Source of the DNA: a virus
Taxonomy: Duplodnaviria > Caudoviricetes
Length of the DNA: 33,392 bases
Direction: 5' to 3' (one strand)
IMG/VR virus record: IMGVR_UViG_3300020042_004684
Location: 1 to 33,392 of that record
The position numbers were made by a program, and so were the translations under genes. Position 1 is the stretch's first letter. Each line of letters starts with the position of its first letter. The notes under the pieces were generated by a model. It was not told where the DNA came from and searched no databases. It saw only the letters and a program-made list of their open reading frames with translations. Below, piece after piece: positions 15,914-23,600 of this stretch.

Positions 15914-16693
15914 ATGGCTAATAAAGTCGATATTTGGATGCCGCTATACGTGGCAGACTATCTTTCCGCTACTTCCCGATTGACTACAGAGCAGCATGGG
16001 GCTTACCTACTGCTGCTGATGGACTACTGGAAAAACGGCGCTCCCCCAAACAATGATGCAGTTTTAGCGCAGATCACCAAGTTATCGCCAGATGCTTGGA
16101 GTAATGCTCGGACTATGCTTGAGCCATTCTTTGAAGTATCAGAAAAGCAGTGGATTCAAAACAGGGTTGAGTCTGAAATGGAAAAGGCCAACCACAACAA
16201 AAAAGCCAACATAGAGCGTGGCAAGGCTGGCGCACAGGCTAGATGGGGTAAAAAGGATAGTCCGAGCATAGTTGGAGCAATGCTTGAGCAATGCTTGACA
16301 GATAGCTCTTCACCTTCACCTTCACCTTCATCTATACCTACACCTACAAAGAAGAATACAGTCGCCCCGCCTAGCGGCGTGACGGATTCTGTTTGGCAGG
16401 ATTGGATAAGTTTGCGTAAAGCCAAACGCGCAGCAGTCACCCAGACCGCCATTGACGGAATAGAGCGCGAAGCACGCAAAGCAGGGGTAAGCCTACAGAC
16501 AGCCTTGGAAACGTGCTGTGCAAGGGGCTGGACAGGCTTTAAGGCCGATTGGCTGCAAGGCAAGACAGAGCAGAAATCATTTGCCGAAAAGGACTACGAT
16601 TTCAAACGTGCAAGATGGGAAGCAATGACCGGAAGAACGCAAGGCGAAGAAATGAAACCATTTTTGGAGTTAGAAGATGACACAACCAATTGA
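15914..16693 (+). CDS. Replication initiator, DUF1376/YdaU-like
   Basis: WMPLYVADYL..T..LTTEQHGAYLLLLMDYW; SD GAGG; internal iteron-like repeats. Confidence 0.85.
   Translation: MANKVDIWMPLYVADYLSATSRLTTEQHGAYLLLLMDYWKNGAPPNNDAVLAQITKLSPDAWSNARTMLEPFFEVSEKQWIQNRVESEMEKANHNKKANIERGKAGAQARWGKKDSPSIVGAMLEQCLTDSSSPSPSPSSIPTPTKKNTVAPPSGVTDSVWQDWISLRKAKRAAVTQTAIDGIEREARKAGVSLQTALETCCARGWTGFKADWLQGKTEQKSFAEKDYDFKRARWEAMTGRTQGEEMKPFLELEDDTTN
16091..16330. repeat. Iteron-like repeats, putative origin
   Basis: ATGCTTG/ATGCTCG clusters at 16092-16124 and 16257-16300; 13-bp inverted repeat 16104-16116/16257-16269; CTTCAC tandem at 16308-16330. Confidence 0.6.
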
Positions 16694-17117
16694 CCGCTTG
16701 TTTGAACGCTTGTCTATGACCTACGGCATTGCTTGGGACAACTCGATAGGCACAGCCCCGCTAAACGAAATAAAGTCGTTTTGGATGAATCAGCTTACAG
16801 GCTTTATGCAAAGCAAAGAATCCATGATGGCTATTTCTTGGGCGCTGAATCATCTGCCGGAACGACCGCCAAACCTGGTGCAATTCAAAAACCTATGCTA
16901 CCAAGCACCAGCGGTGGAAAAGCCGCAGCTACCAAGCCCACCAGCCGACCCAGAACGGGTAAAGCAGGAATTTGCGAAGCTGGCAGGGATGAACAAGGTA
17001 AAGCAAGACCCAAAGGACTGGGCGAGGAAAATATTGGGTGACTATGCGGCTGGAGTAAAAAAGTCTCCCACGGTGTTGAAAATGGCCCGTGATGCTTTAA
17101 AAAACAATGTTCAATAA
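16677..17117 (+). CDS. Putative helicase loader (lambda P-like position)
   Basis: IDRLFERL..TYG..W, LPERPPNL.QFKNLC; follows the initiator; homolog at 20826..21266. Confidence 0.6.
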   Translation: MTQPIDRLFERLSMTYGIAWDNSIGTAPLNEIKSFWMNQLTGFMQSKESMMAISWALNHLPERPPNLVQFKNLCYQAPAVEKPQLPSPPADPERVKQEFAKLAGMNKVKQDPKDWARKILGDYAAGVKKSPTVLKMARDALKNNVQ

Positions 17118-17277
17118 ATCCCGCCAGCGTATTTTTGACCACTACCTAATGCTTTGCAAAGAACCAGGGTGGAAGGACTACGCTTGGCAGCGGGTGAAAG
17201 AGCTAGACAAAGAGCCTGTTTATGCAGGAATAAAGGACTACATCATGGAGCAAATGAAACATGGAGCAATTAAATGA
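17107..17277 (+). CDS. 56-aa conserved hypothetical protein (not in ORF track)
   Basis: MFNKSRQRIFDHYLMLCKEPGWKDYAWQRVKELD; homolog at 20663..20836. Confidence 0.75.
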   Translation: MFNKSRQRIFDHYLMLCKEPGWKDYAWQRVKELDKEPVYAGIKDYIMEQMKHGAIK

Positions 17278-17753
17278 GTTGGCTCTTTTCGCAGGCGCTG
17301 GCGGAGGCATTCTTGCCGGAAAGCTGCTTGGATGGAGAACAGTCTGCGCTGTTGAGTGGGAGCCGTACCCAGCAAGCGTACTGTGCGCCCGACAAAATGA
17401 TGGATTTCTCGCGCCTTTCCCAATTTGGGATGACGTACAAACCTTTGACGGAAAACCTTGGAGAGGAATTGTTGACGTTGTATCTGGCGGGTTTCCATGC
17501 CAAGACATCAGCGCCGCAGGAAAAGGCGCAGGAATTGACGGAGAACGAAGCGGGATGTGGGGAGAAATGGCACGCATCATTTACGAAGTACGACCCCGAT
17601 TTGCGTTTGTGGAAAACTCACCAATGCTCACTTCTAGGGGACTTGGAACCGTTCTTGGAGACTTGGCCTCAATGGGGTTTGATGCGAAATGGGGAGTGTT
17701 GGGAGCAGCGGACGTTGGAGCAAATCACCAACGGGACAGAATTTGGATTGTCG
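17261..17753 (+). CDS. C5 cytosine DNA methyltransferase, truncated at the junction after motif VIII
   Basis: Motifs I FAGAGG, IV GFPCQ, VI VENS, VIII HQRDRIWIV; the rest of the ORF to 17911 is antisense terS. Confidence 0.9.
17274..17753 (+). CDS. Overlapping +1-frame ORF, candidate second MTase subunit (truncated)
   Basis: Open across the whole MTase; own SD GGAG at 17263-66; ATGA-coupled to the stop of 17107..17277. Confidence 0.6.
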
Positions 17754-17756
17754 TAT
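17748..17756. other. Inversion/chimera junction between arm A and arm B
   Basis: MTase (+) and TerS (-) both lose their expected C-termini around TTGTCG; gene order is mirrored on either side. Confidence 0.85.
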
Positions 17757-18072
17757 CTCCAGCCATTACTTTTTGGAATAGGGTTTTCCCTACCTGTGCG
17801 TTTGCCTTTGATTTGCCGCTGACTAACTCGGAACTAAAGTGCGCCCGTAGCGTGTCAATGTGTATGCCATCCCGCACCAGTGCGCCAATCTGTTCGATGG
17901 GCAAGCCGTAGCCGCTAAGTGCTTCTACCTGTTTGCGCTCGGCATCGGTTGGCTGAAAGGCTGGTCGGCCTGCGCCTGGTTGCGCTCCACCGCCGTTAGG
18001 ATAGCGTGCGCCACCCTTCTTCCCTTTTGTTTGAGTTGGTTTTTCTTCAATGGCTTGTTTCTTGCTTATCAT
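17749..18072 (-). CDS. terS: Putative terminase small subunit, 3'-truncated
   Basis: GGAQPGAGRP..PTDAERKQVEALSGYG..TLRAHF..EL..GK.KANAQV.KTLFQK..GDT; follows ParB and Mom genes. Confidence 0.7.
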
Positions 18073-18751
18073 TCGTAACCTCCGCGAAAGGTTGGTTTTC
18101 TGCGTATATTGGAGCGGGTGGGTCGGTGTTGCGCCGCCGCTGTTCTGGCTGGTCGCCAGTCATTGCCTGCTTCACCCGCTTAGGATATGGTTTTGCCAAT
18201 GGCGAAATCTTAGCATTCATCTCTTTGTCAAGTGGCATTAAATACCTATGTTTGCCAGTCACCACCTTTTTTGGTAAGTTGCTTTGATTTACACCAGCAT
18301 CATCAACTGTTTTTTTATGTGACCACTTGCCTTTATAAAATACTTTTAGTGCCTTGCCACTTGGCCCAGTATAAAGCCAGTTACATGCTTGGTAAATCCC
18401 ACCATGATGGCCTTGATCTGGGTCAGCATAAGAAACTATCAAACGCAAATTCTTTTGTGACTTCACCAAAAACTTCACTGCCAATGCCATTATTTTACTA
18501 ACTGGCACTTCATGCTTTGTCAGAGCAATCCTTGTCAACTCACAGCCTTCCTCTTGCTGCAATCCAAAGGGTTTAAGCATGTTGTTGTTAGCTCCTCTGC
18601 TAAAAACAACAACCCCAATAAACTTATCTTCTTCCCATGCACCCACCTTTACAAGTTTCCCAACAGGCAAACATTTGCTGTAGTGCCAATGCTCACAAGC
18701 ATATTTGGTGGCCTCATGACTGGCCCAGTCCATCTTAAACTTGACGGGCAT
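18047..18751 (-). CDS. mom: Mom-family adenine-modifying enzyme (GNAT-like fold)
   Basis: HYSK, CELTRIAL, IVSYADPDQGHHGGIYQACNWLYTG, KHRYL, YPK motifs. Confidence 0.8.
   Translation of the reverse strand: MPVKFKMDWASHEATKYACEHWHYSKCLPVGKLVKVGAWEEDKFIGVVVFSRGANNNMLKPFGLQQEEGCELTRIALTKHEVPVSKIMALAVKFLVKSQKNLRLIVSYADPDQGHHGGIYQACNWLYTGPSGKALKVFYKGKWSHKKTVDDAGVNQSNLPKKVVTGKHRYLMPLDKEMNAKISPLAKPYPKRVKQAMTGDQPEQRRRNTDPPAPIYAENQPFAEVTNDKQETSH
18110..18179 (-). ncRNA. tRNA-Gly-like element inside the mom 3' end
   Basis: Acceptor GCGGGUG/CACCCGC plus U73 and CCA; anticodon arm CUGG/CCAG with 7-nt loop CG-ACC-AG; T-like arm GGCGG/CCG(A)CC with 7-nt loop; shortened D region. Confidence 0.7.
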
Positions 18752-19253
18752 CAAACTCTTTTCCGCAGTGTGGGCAAGCAATCCATTTAGGGTCTAGCTC
18801 ATCCAGTTTGCCTTGGTCATCTTCAGTGGCTGGTTCAAACTCTGGTGTCTGTAATGCTTTGATTTCTTCAGCCTTAAAGCCAGTCAGATCAAGGTCAAAG
18901 CCTAATTCGCCAATTTCAGCCAACTCTAACGCCAGCATTTCATTGTCCCACCCTGCATTTAGCGCCAACTTATTGTCTGCCAGCACGTAAGCCCGTTTCT
19001 TAGCATCACTCCAGCCCTTTGCCACCATCACAGGCACTTCGGTCATCTTGAGACGCTGTGCCGCCAGTGTGCGCCCATGCCCCGCAATGATGCCGCCTTG
19101 CTCGTCCACCAGAATCGGGGTAGTCCAGCCCCATTCCTTGATGCTTGCCGCAATTTGGCCTATCTGCTCGTCTGAATGTGTCCTGGCGTTACGGGCGTAA
19201 GGAATCAGTTTGTCAATGCTCCAGCGTTCTACCTTGTCTGCGGGATTAGTCAT
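18735..19253 (-). CDS. ParB/Srx N-terminal domain protein with C-terminal CPHC
   Basis: LIPYARNARTHS..QIAASIKEWGWTTPILVD..IIAGHGR..ADNKLA. Confidence 0.88.
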   Translation of the reverse strand: MTNPADKVERWSIDKLIPYARNARTHSDEQIGQIAASIKEWGWTTPILVDEQGGIIAGHGRTLAAQRLKMTEVPVMVAKGWSDAKKRAYVLADNKLALNAGWDNEMLALELAEIGELGFDLDLTGFKAEEIKALQTPEFEPATEDDQGKLDELDPKWIACPHCGKEFDARQV

Positions 19254-19534
19254 TTGTCCAACATTTCTTTGGTTTTCATGTGAGCATTGTGCCACATTTG
19301 TGATTTTTCGTCCTTGCTCATTTTGCCTTGGTCTAGGTTGGCATGGCAAGTAAAGCACAGTGCGGCCACAAACTCATCGCTGGCCTTGATTCCCCGCCCC
19401 TTGCCGTGTTCTCCAGCGTTTGAATGTGCCGCTACTATTGTCCCATCCTCTGCCCCGCAGTGTTGGCAGGGTAATGCTCTGCAGGCTTCTAGTCGCTTTT
19501 TGTTTCGCAAATACTTTGTTTTGGGAAACATCAT
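19250..19534 (-). CDS. DUF1364/YbcO-like Zn-binding putative nuclease
   Basis: PCQHCG..VAAHSN..GKGRGIKASD..LCFTCH. Confidence 0.75.
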   Translation of the reverse strand: MMFPKTKYLRNKKRLEACRALPCQHCGAEDGTIVAAHSNAGEHGKGRGIKASDEFVAALCFTCHANLDQGKMSKDEKSQMWHNAHMKTKEMLDK

Positions 19535-20028
19535 GCCGAAAACCTCACGCCTTTTTCTGCCCCGAATGCTTCCCGCAATTTTTGGCCTCTCGGAATTCCT
19601 TTTCTCACAGATATTAAGGGCGTTGTTACCGCCTCAACTTCGCCCCATCCATCTGACAAGCGAACTCTTATAAGTCTTGACTTTACGCCATAGACCTCAG
19701 CCCATTCTGCAACGGTTTTTGTGATGCCATTTATTTCTATAAAGCGGCAGCTTTTCCGGTTGCGGTTTTGCACGGTTCGCGTAGCCCATCGGCAATTTTC
19801 TTTAAAATATCCAAAGTTGTTATCTATTCGATCAATAGACTCGTTTAAATTTGGCTCTCCCATGTCTTCAAGGAAATTGGCAAAAACCAACCAGCGATCA
19901 CAGACTTTAATTCCTCGCGCTCCATATTTTGCGTAAGCTGGCTCATTTTGATTATTGCAACGAGTCAACATACATGACCAAATTCGATATACGCGCGTGT
20001 GCCGTTTGCCATGTTTAAAATTACTCAT
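19531..20028 (-). CDS. HNH-type free-standing homing endonuclease
   Basis: YRIWSCM..RC, YGARGIKVCDRW..F.NFLEDMG, SIDRIDN..GY..ENCRWAT..QNRN. Confidence 0.85.
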   Translation of the reverse strand: MSNFKHGKRHTRVYRIWSCMLTRCNNQNEPAYAKYGARGIKVCDRWLVFANFLEDMGEPNLNESIDRIDNNFGYFKENCRWATRTVQNRNRKSCRFIEINGITKTVAEWAEVYGVKSRLIRVRLSDGWGEVEAVTTPLISVRKGIPRGQKLREAFGAEKGVRFSA

Positions 20029-20422
20029 AGGTTCCCCATTTAACATTACGTTCCGCACCAAATGCGTTCATCAATTCCATTAGGTCGCACATTTCGGCTT
20101 TGGTCATCTTGCTGGTTGATTGCCCCAGCACCACAAATCCACCGTCTAAGCCTGGCACAACGTCCTGCTTTTTAAGTGCCGCAGTGAAAACGTGCTTCCA
20201 TTCCTCCGGCGTAAGTTTTCGCCCATACCAGTCAACTTGGTCACTTATTTCGTCAAGCATGGCCCAAAGTCGGGAGTTTTGCTCAAGGCTGCGGGTGGCC
20301 GGTTTAATCTCCAGCACCATCTTATGCCCTGCCATTAGTGCGCTTTTTAGCTGCGGCCAGATTGTTTTTGTCATTGCTGCATGGGCCTGGACTGGCTCCA
20401 AGCATTGAATTGCAAGTTTCAT
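20021..20422 (-). CDS. ninB: NinB/Orf-family recombination protein
   Basis: RSLEQNSRLWAML.EISDQVDW.G.KL..EEWK..F..STSKM..M..L. Confidence 0.88.
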   Translation of the reverse strand: MKLAIQCLEPVQAHAAMTKTIWPQLKSALMAGHKMVLEIKPATRSLEQNSRLWAMLDEISDQVDWYGRKLTPEEWKHVFTAALKKQDVVPGLDGGFVVLGQSTSKMTKAEMCDLMELMNAFGAERNVKWGTYE

Positions 20423-20685
20423 TTCATTACTCCAATCATTCGTAAGGCAGCTTCAGGGCCATCAATACGCACTAGTGTGCCTCCGGCCCATTTTGCAAAA
20501 AAAGCCTCTTGTAAATCTGTTAAACGCTTTTTAGGCCCATCTTTAATTTCTACTAAAAACGTATGCCCTTTATAGCCTACGAGTAGGTCTACAGGCAGGC
20601 CAATAATCCAAACGTAAGCGCCAGCCGCCCTAAGTGCGGTCACCACTTGAGTGGAGTTAGCGTCAATCCTTGCTGCTCGGCGCAT
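20419..20685 (-). CDS. Small PD-(D/E)XK nuclease (VRR-NUC/resolvase-like)
   Basis: RAARIDAN..PVDLLVGY..LVEIK..LT..Q..F. Confidence 0.75.
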   Translation of the reverse strand: MRRAARIDANSTQVVTALRAAGAYVWIIGLPVDLLVGYKGHTFLVEIKDGPKKRLTDLQEAFFAKWAGGTLVRIDGPEAALRMIGVMK

Positions 20686-20836
20686 TCATCTGCTCCATGA
20701 TGTAGTTCTTTATTCCTGCGTAAACAGGCTCTTTGTCCAGTTCTTTTACCCGCTGCCAAGCGTAGTCTTTCCAGCCTGGAGCTTTGCAAAGCATTAGGTA
20801 GTGGGCAAAAATACGCTGGCGGGATTCATTCCACAT
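20663..20836 (-). CDS. 57-aa conserved hypothetical protein (not in ORF track)
   Basis: Homolog of 17107..17277. Confidence 0.75.
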   Translation of the reverse strand: MWNESRQRIFAHYLMLCKAPGWKDYAWQRVKELDKEPVYAGIKNYIMEQMNAPSSKD

Positions 20837-21266
20837 TAATTCTTAGGGCATTGCGGGCCATTTGAACCACTGTTGGAGATTTTTTTACTCCAGCGGCATA
20901 GTCACCCAATATTTTCCGCGCCCAGTCCTTTGGATCGTGATTTACCTTTTTCATTCCTGCTAATTTCGCAAATTCCTGCTTTACCCTTTCTGGGTCTGCT
21001 GGCGGGCTAGGTAGCTGCGGCCTTTCCACCGCTGGCGCTTGATGGCATAGGTTTTTGAATTGCACCAAATTCGGCGGGCGTTCCGGCAGATGATTCAGCG
21101 CCCAAGAAATTGCCATCATGGATTCTTTGCTTTGCATGAATCCTGACAACGAATTGAGCCAAAACGACTTGATTTCGTTTAGCGGGGCTGACCCTATGGA
21201 ATTGTCCCAAGCGTTCCCGTAGGTCAGCGAAAGTCGTTCAAAAAGGCGGTCAATGGGCTGTGTCAT
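20826..21266 (-). CDS. Putative helicase loader
   Basis: Near-identical to 16677..17117. Confidence 0.6.
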   Translation of the reverse strand: MTQPIDRLFERLSLTYGNAWDNSIGSAPLNEIKSFWLNSLSGFMQSKESMMAISWALNHLPERPPNLVQFKNLCHQAPAVERPQLPSPPADPERVKQEFAKLAGMKKVNHDPKDWARKILGDYAAGVKKSPTVVQMARNALRINVE

Positions 21267-21990
21267 CTTCAATCTCCAAAAGTGGTGTGAATTCTTGGTC
21301 TGATGTCCTGCCGGTCATTGCTTCCCAGCGGGCACGTTTGAAATCGTAGTCCTTTTCGGCAAAGGATTTCTGTTCGCCTTTGTCCTTTAGCCATTCGGCC
21401 TTGAAGCCTGTCCAGCCCCTTGCACAGCACGTTTCTAAAGCTGCCTGTAGGCTTACCCCTGCTTTCTTTGCTTCGCGCTCTATGCCATCAATAGCGGTCT
21501 GGGTGACTGCTGCGCGTTTGGCTTTACGCAAACTTAACCAATCCTGCCAAACAGAATCCGTCACGCCGTTAGGCGGGGCGACTGTATTATTTGGTTTATG
21601 GTTTATAGTTTCTGGTTTATAGTTTATAGTTGCCTTAGCGATGGGTTGCGTGTCGGATGCCACTGGGATACCCACTGGGTTCTTTTTCCTACCACCGAGG
21701 CGACCATTAGCCCTGTTTTTCTCAGCCATTGCGTGATAAACAGCAATTACATCTTCGCAACGGGCATGAAACCATCCGTCTTCATGTTTCTCAAACATAT
21801 CATTTAACACATCTCGAACTACTGAGGCTTCCACTCGGATGCGTCTGGCAACCCATTGGGTATCCAACGGGATTTTTTGCTCTGAGTCGTAATACATATC
21901 CAAAAGTCGGCGATAAGCCAAATCTTCTTCGTTGGATAAATGCCCTGTGGCGGCTTTGTAGTCACCAATGTTAAATTGGTAATAGTGCAT
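21250..21990 (-). CDS. Replication initiator, DUF1376/YdaU-like (second subtype)
   Basis: MHYYQFNIGDY...LSNEEDLAYRRLLDMYY; C-terminus shared with 15914..16693. Confidence 0.88.
   Translation of the reverse strand: MHYYQFNIGDYKAATGHLSNEEDLAYRRLLDMYYDSEQKIPLDTQWVARRIRVEASVVRDVLNDMFEKHEDGWFHARCEDVIAVYHAMAEKNRANGRLGGRKKNPVGIPVASDTQPIAKATINYKPETINHKPNNTVAPPNGVTDSVWQDWLSLRKAKRAAVTQTAIDGIEREAKKAGVSLQAALETCCARGWTGFKAEWLKDKGEQKSFAEKDYDFKRARWEAMTGRTSDQEFTPLLEIEDDTAH
21591..21875. repeat. Iteron-like repeats, putative origin
   Basis: CCCANTGG-type clusters at ~21640-21681 and ~21832-21872; (G/A)GTTTAT heptamer tandem at 21592-21630. Confidence 0.6.
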
Positions 21991-22006
21991 GGTTTTCCTT
22001 CGCTGT

Positions 22007-22082
22007 CCTCCACTGACAAGGAAACTTCGGCAGGCGGGGAGGCTCGCTTTTCGGTACGCTCATGACTTCGTACCTAGCCGGG
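22007..22082 (-). ncRNA. Candidate structured leader RNA with pseudoknot (arm B copy)
   Basis: P1 CGGC/GCCG, P2 GGUACG/CGUACC, GAAAA, P3 GCG/CGC, loop CCUCC pairs with downstream GGAGG. Confidence 0.65.
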
Positions 22083-22091
22083 TTTCACAAA

Positions 22092-22120
22092 ATTCTATAC
22101 CACTTTTCCCGCTTCGGCAA
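22092..22120 (-). promoter_or_regulatory. Sigma70 promoter for the replication operon
   Basis: TTGCCG-17-TAGAAT. Confidence 0.7.
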
Positions 22121-22274
22121 TCTGTTTCTTGAACTTGTAGCGCAGAACTTGCTCCCAGGCTTTGGGTGTGCCTCGCCGCCGCCAGTTGCTCACCACGTTC
22201 TGCTTTACGTCCAAGATGTAGGCCAGGCGACCCGTGCCGCCTGCTTCCTTGATTGCTATTTCTAAGATGTCCAT
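22095..22274 (-). CDS. Cro/YdaS-like HTH regulator (not in ORF track)
   Basis: MDILEIAIKEAGGTGRLAYILDVKQNVVSNWRRRG; homolog of 15636..15815. Confidence 0.85.
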   Translation of the reverse strand: MDILEIAIKEAGGTGRLAYILDVKQNVVSNWRRRGTPKAWEQVLRYKFKKQIAEAGKVV

Positions 22275-22282
22275 CCCATAGA

Positions 22283-22300
22283 ATTATACACGATTGTGTA
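22283..22300 (-). promoter_or_regulatory. Operator palindrome overlapping -10
   Basis: TACAC-N4-GTGTA at 22287-22300 overlapping TATAAT on minus. Confidence 0.7.
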
Positions 22301-22364
22301 GTCATTGCTCATTGTAAAAAACAATCGGAAACGCAAAACCGATAAATTTATATTTTTCAAAGTC

Positions 22365-22394
22365 TTGTAAAAGTACACAAATGTGATTTATAAT
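22365..22394 (+). promoter_or_regulatory. Early promoter with operator
   Basis: TTGTAA-18-TATAAT; TACACAAATGTGAT at 22374-87. Confidence 0.7.
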
Positions 22395-22440
22395 TCAGCC
22401 ATGCCCTGAACTTCTCGGGGTCTTTTTAGGAGTAAGCAAC

Positions 22441-22698
22441 ATGATTAAATTTAACAAGTTCCACGTTACCAACGGCGCAATCAAAGCCCGTGTCAGTTAC
22501 CACTTAGACAACCGTGGTGACAAACGCAATTGCGTCACGATGTATGCAAGAGACTACACCCGTGAGCTGGGTCAACTCTTTGCAGACAATTACCAAAACA
22601 ACACCGACAGCATGACCGACTATTTTGAAACAGGTCGGGTTGTTCTTTTTGAAGATCACCCACTTTATGCACAAGCTCGCGCAAGGGCAGAACAGTAA
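22441..22698 (+). CDS. Hypothetical first early gene
   Basis: SD AGGAG; NNTDSMTDYFE motif. Confidence 0.8.
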   Translation: MIKFNKFHVTNGAIKARVSYHLDNRGDKRNCVTMYARDYTRELGQLFADNYQNNTDSMTDYFETGRVVLFEDHPLYAQARARAEQ

Positions 22699-22752
22699 AC
22701 CCAACGGGGCTTCGGCCCCATCAATCCCGCAAGGGTCTTTTTAGGAGAAATC

Positions 22753-23034
22753 ATGCACACACCCGCACCCTGGCTCTTATCTGATGCCAGATCAACCAAG
22801 GTGGATTTAATCAACAGCGCAAAGGGTCACGCCATTGGCGAGATCGTTTGGGTTGATGTTCGCAATCCATCAGACGCAAAACTTATTGCCGCAGCACCTG
22901 ATCTGCTAGAGGCGCTGAAAATTTGCGAATCAAACATCGCTTTGCTTCTTTGGTCAGCCCATCCAAAAGTTTATAGCATGTGGCTTGATGTTGTCCGTTC
23001 CGCCATCGACAAAGCAATAGGAGAAAAAGCATGA
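22753..23034 (+). CDS. Phage hypothetical protein (LIAAAPDLLEAL family)
   Basis: HTPAPW..DAKLIAAAPDLLEAL; SD AGGAG; arm B only. Confidence 0.8.
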   Translation: MHTPAPWLLSDARSTKVDLINSAKGHAIGEIVWVDVRNPSDAKLIAAAPDLLEALKICESNIALLLWSAHPKVYSMWLDVVRSAIDKAIGEKA

Positions 23035-23312
23035 AAATCAAGACCACCATCTACATTCACTTCCAGAAATACAAGTGGGAAACCGAAGGCACTTACCAAG
23101 TGTATTCTTTCAAAGCAAATGACGATGACACTCGCACCTTTGTCTGTGAGCAACAAATCGAAGTCGAGGTTCCAGACAATTACGATCCAACAGCCCAGCA
23201 GATTGCCGCGCTAGAAGTTCAGAAGGCAAAGGCAATGTCCGACTTCAACAATACCGTAAAAGAAATAAACACCCGAATCAGCAAACTGCAAGCACTGGAG
23301 TACACAGCATGA
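23031..23312 (+). CDS. Conserved hypothetical early protein
   Basis: Homolog of 14989..15267. Confidence 0.8.
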   Translation: MKIKTTIYIHFQKYKWETEGTYQVYSFKANDDDTRTFVCEQQIEVEVPDNYDPTAQQIAALEVQKAKAMSDFNNTVKEINTRISKLQALEYTA

Positions 23313-23521
23313 GAGACATACACATTTTGTTAGCTGAATTCCGCGAGGCACTATTGCGCGGTTTCATTCCCCCCTTGGAAATGGCAAAGTTGCTAAACGA
23401 CATGAACTGGTCGCTTACCAAAAATTGGCCAGACATTCACAACGGCCTGTCTGACAACTTGGACGATGTGAGCGACAACCTTTGGACATCAATTCAACAA
23501 TTTGGAGAGCATGATGAATAA
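23309..23521 (+). CDS. Hypothetical early protein
   Basis: Distant homolog of 14780..14992. Confidence 0.7.
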   Translation: MRDIHILLAEFREALLRGFIPPLEMAKLLNDMNWSLTKNWPDIHNGLSDNLDDVSDNLWTSIQQFGEHDE

Positions 23522-23600
23522 AAAATTAGCAGACATTTCCCTTGCCGTGTTTATCGGCATATCTTTAGCTTACGCACTTGTTTACGGATGGTCACTATGA
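23514..23600 (+). CDS. 28-aa single-TM peptide (not in ORF track)
   Basis: MNKKLADISLAVFIGISLAYALVYGWSL; ATGA-coupled to erf. Confidence 0.7.
   Translation: MNKKLADISLAVFIGISLAYALVYGWSL

Noticed and set aside
17754-17911. Novel C-terminal extensions of the MTase, the +1 ORF and TerS
   Set aside because: They are read-through into the antisense strand of the other arm across the junction
18110-18179. Canonical translational tRNA-Gly or attP core
   Set aside because: Lacks U8, D arm, U33 and TpsiC; both acceptor strands are intact and no integrase is present; kept as tRNA-like RNA
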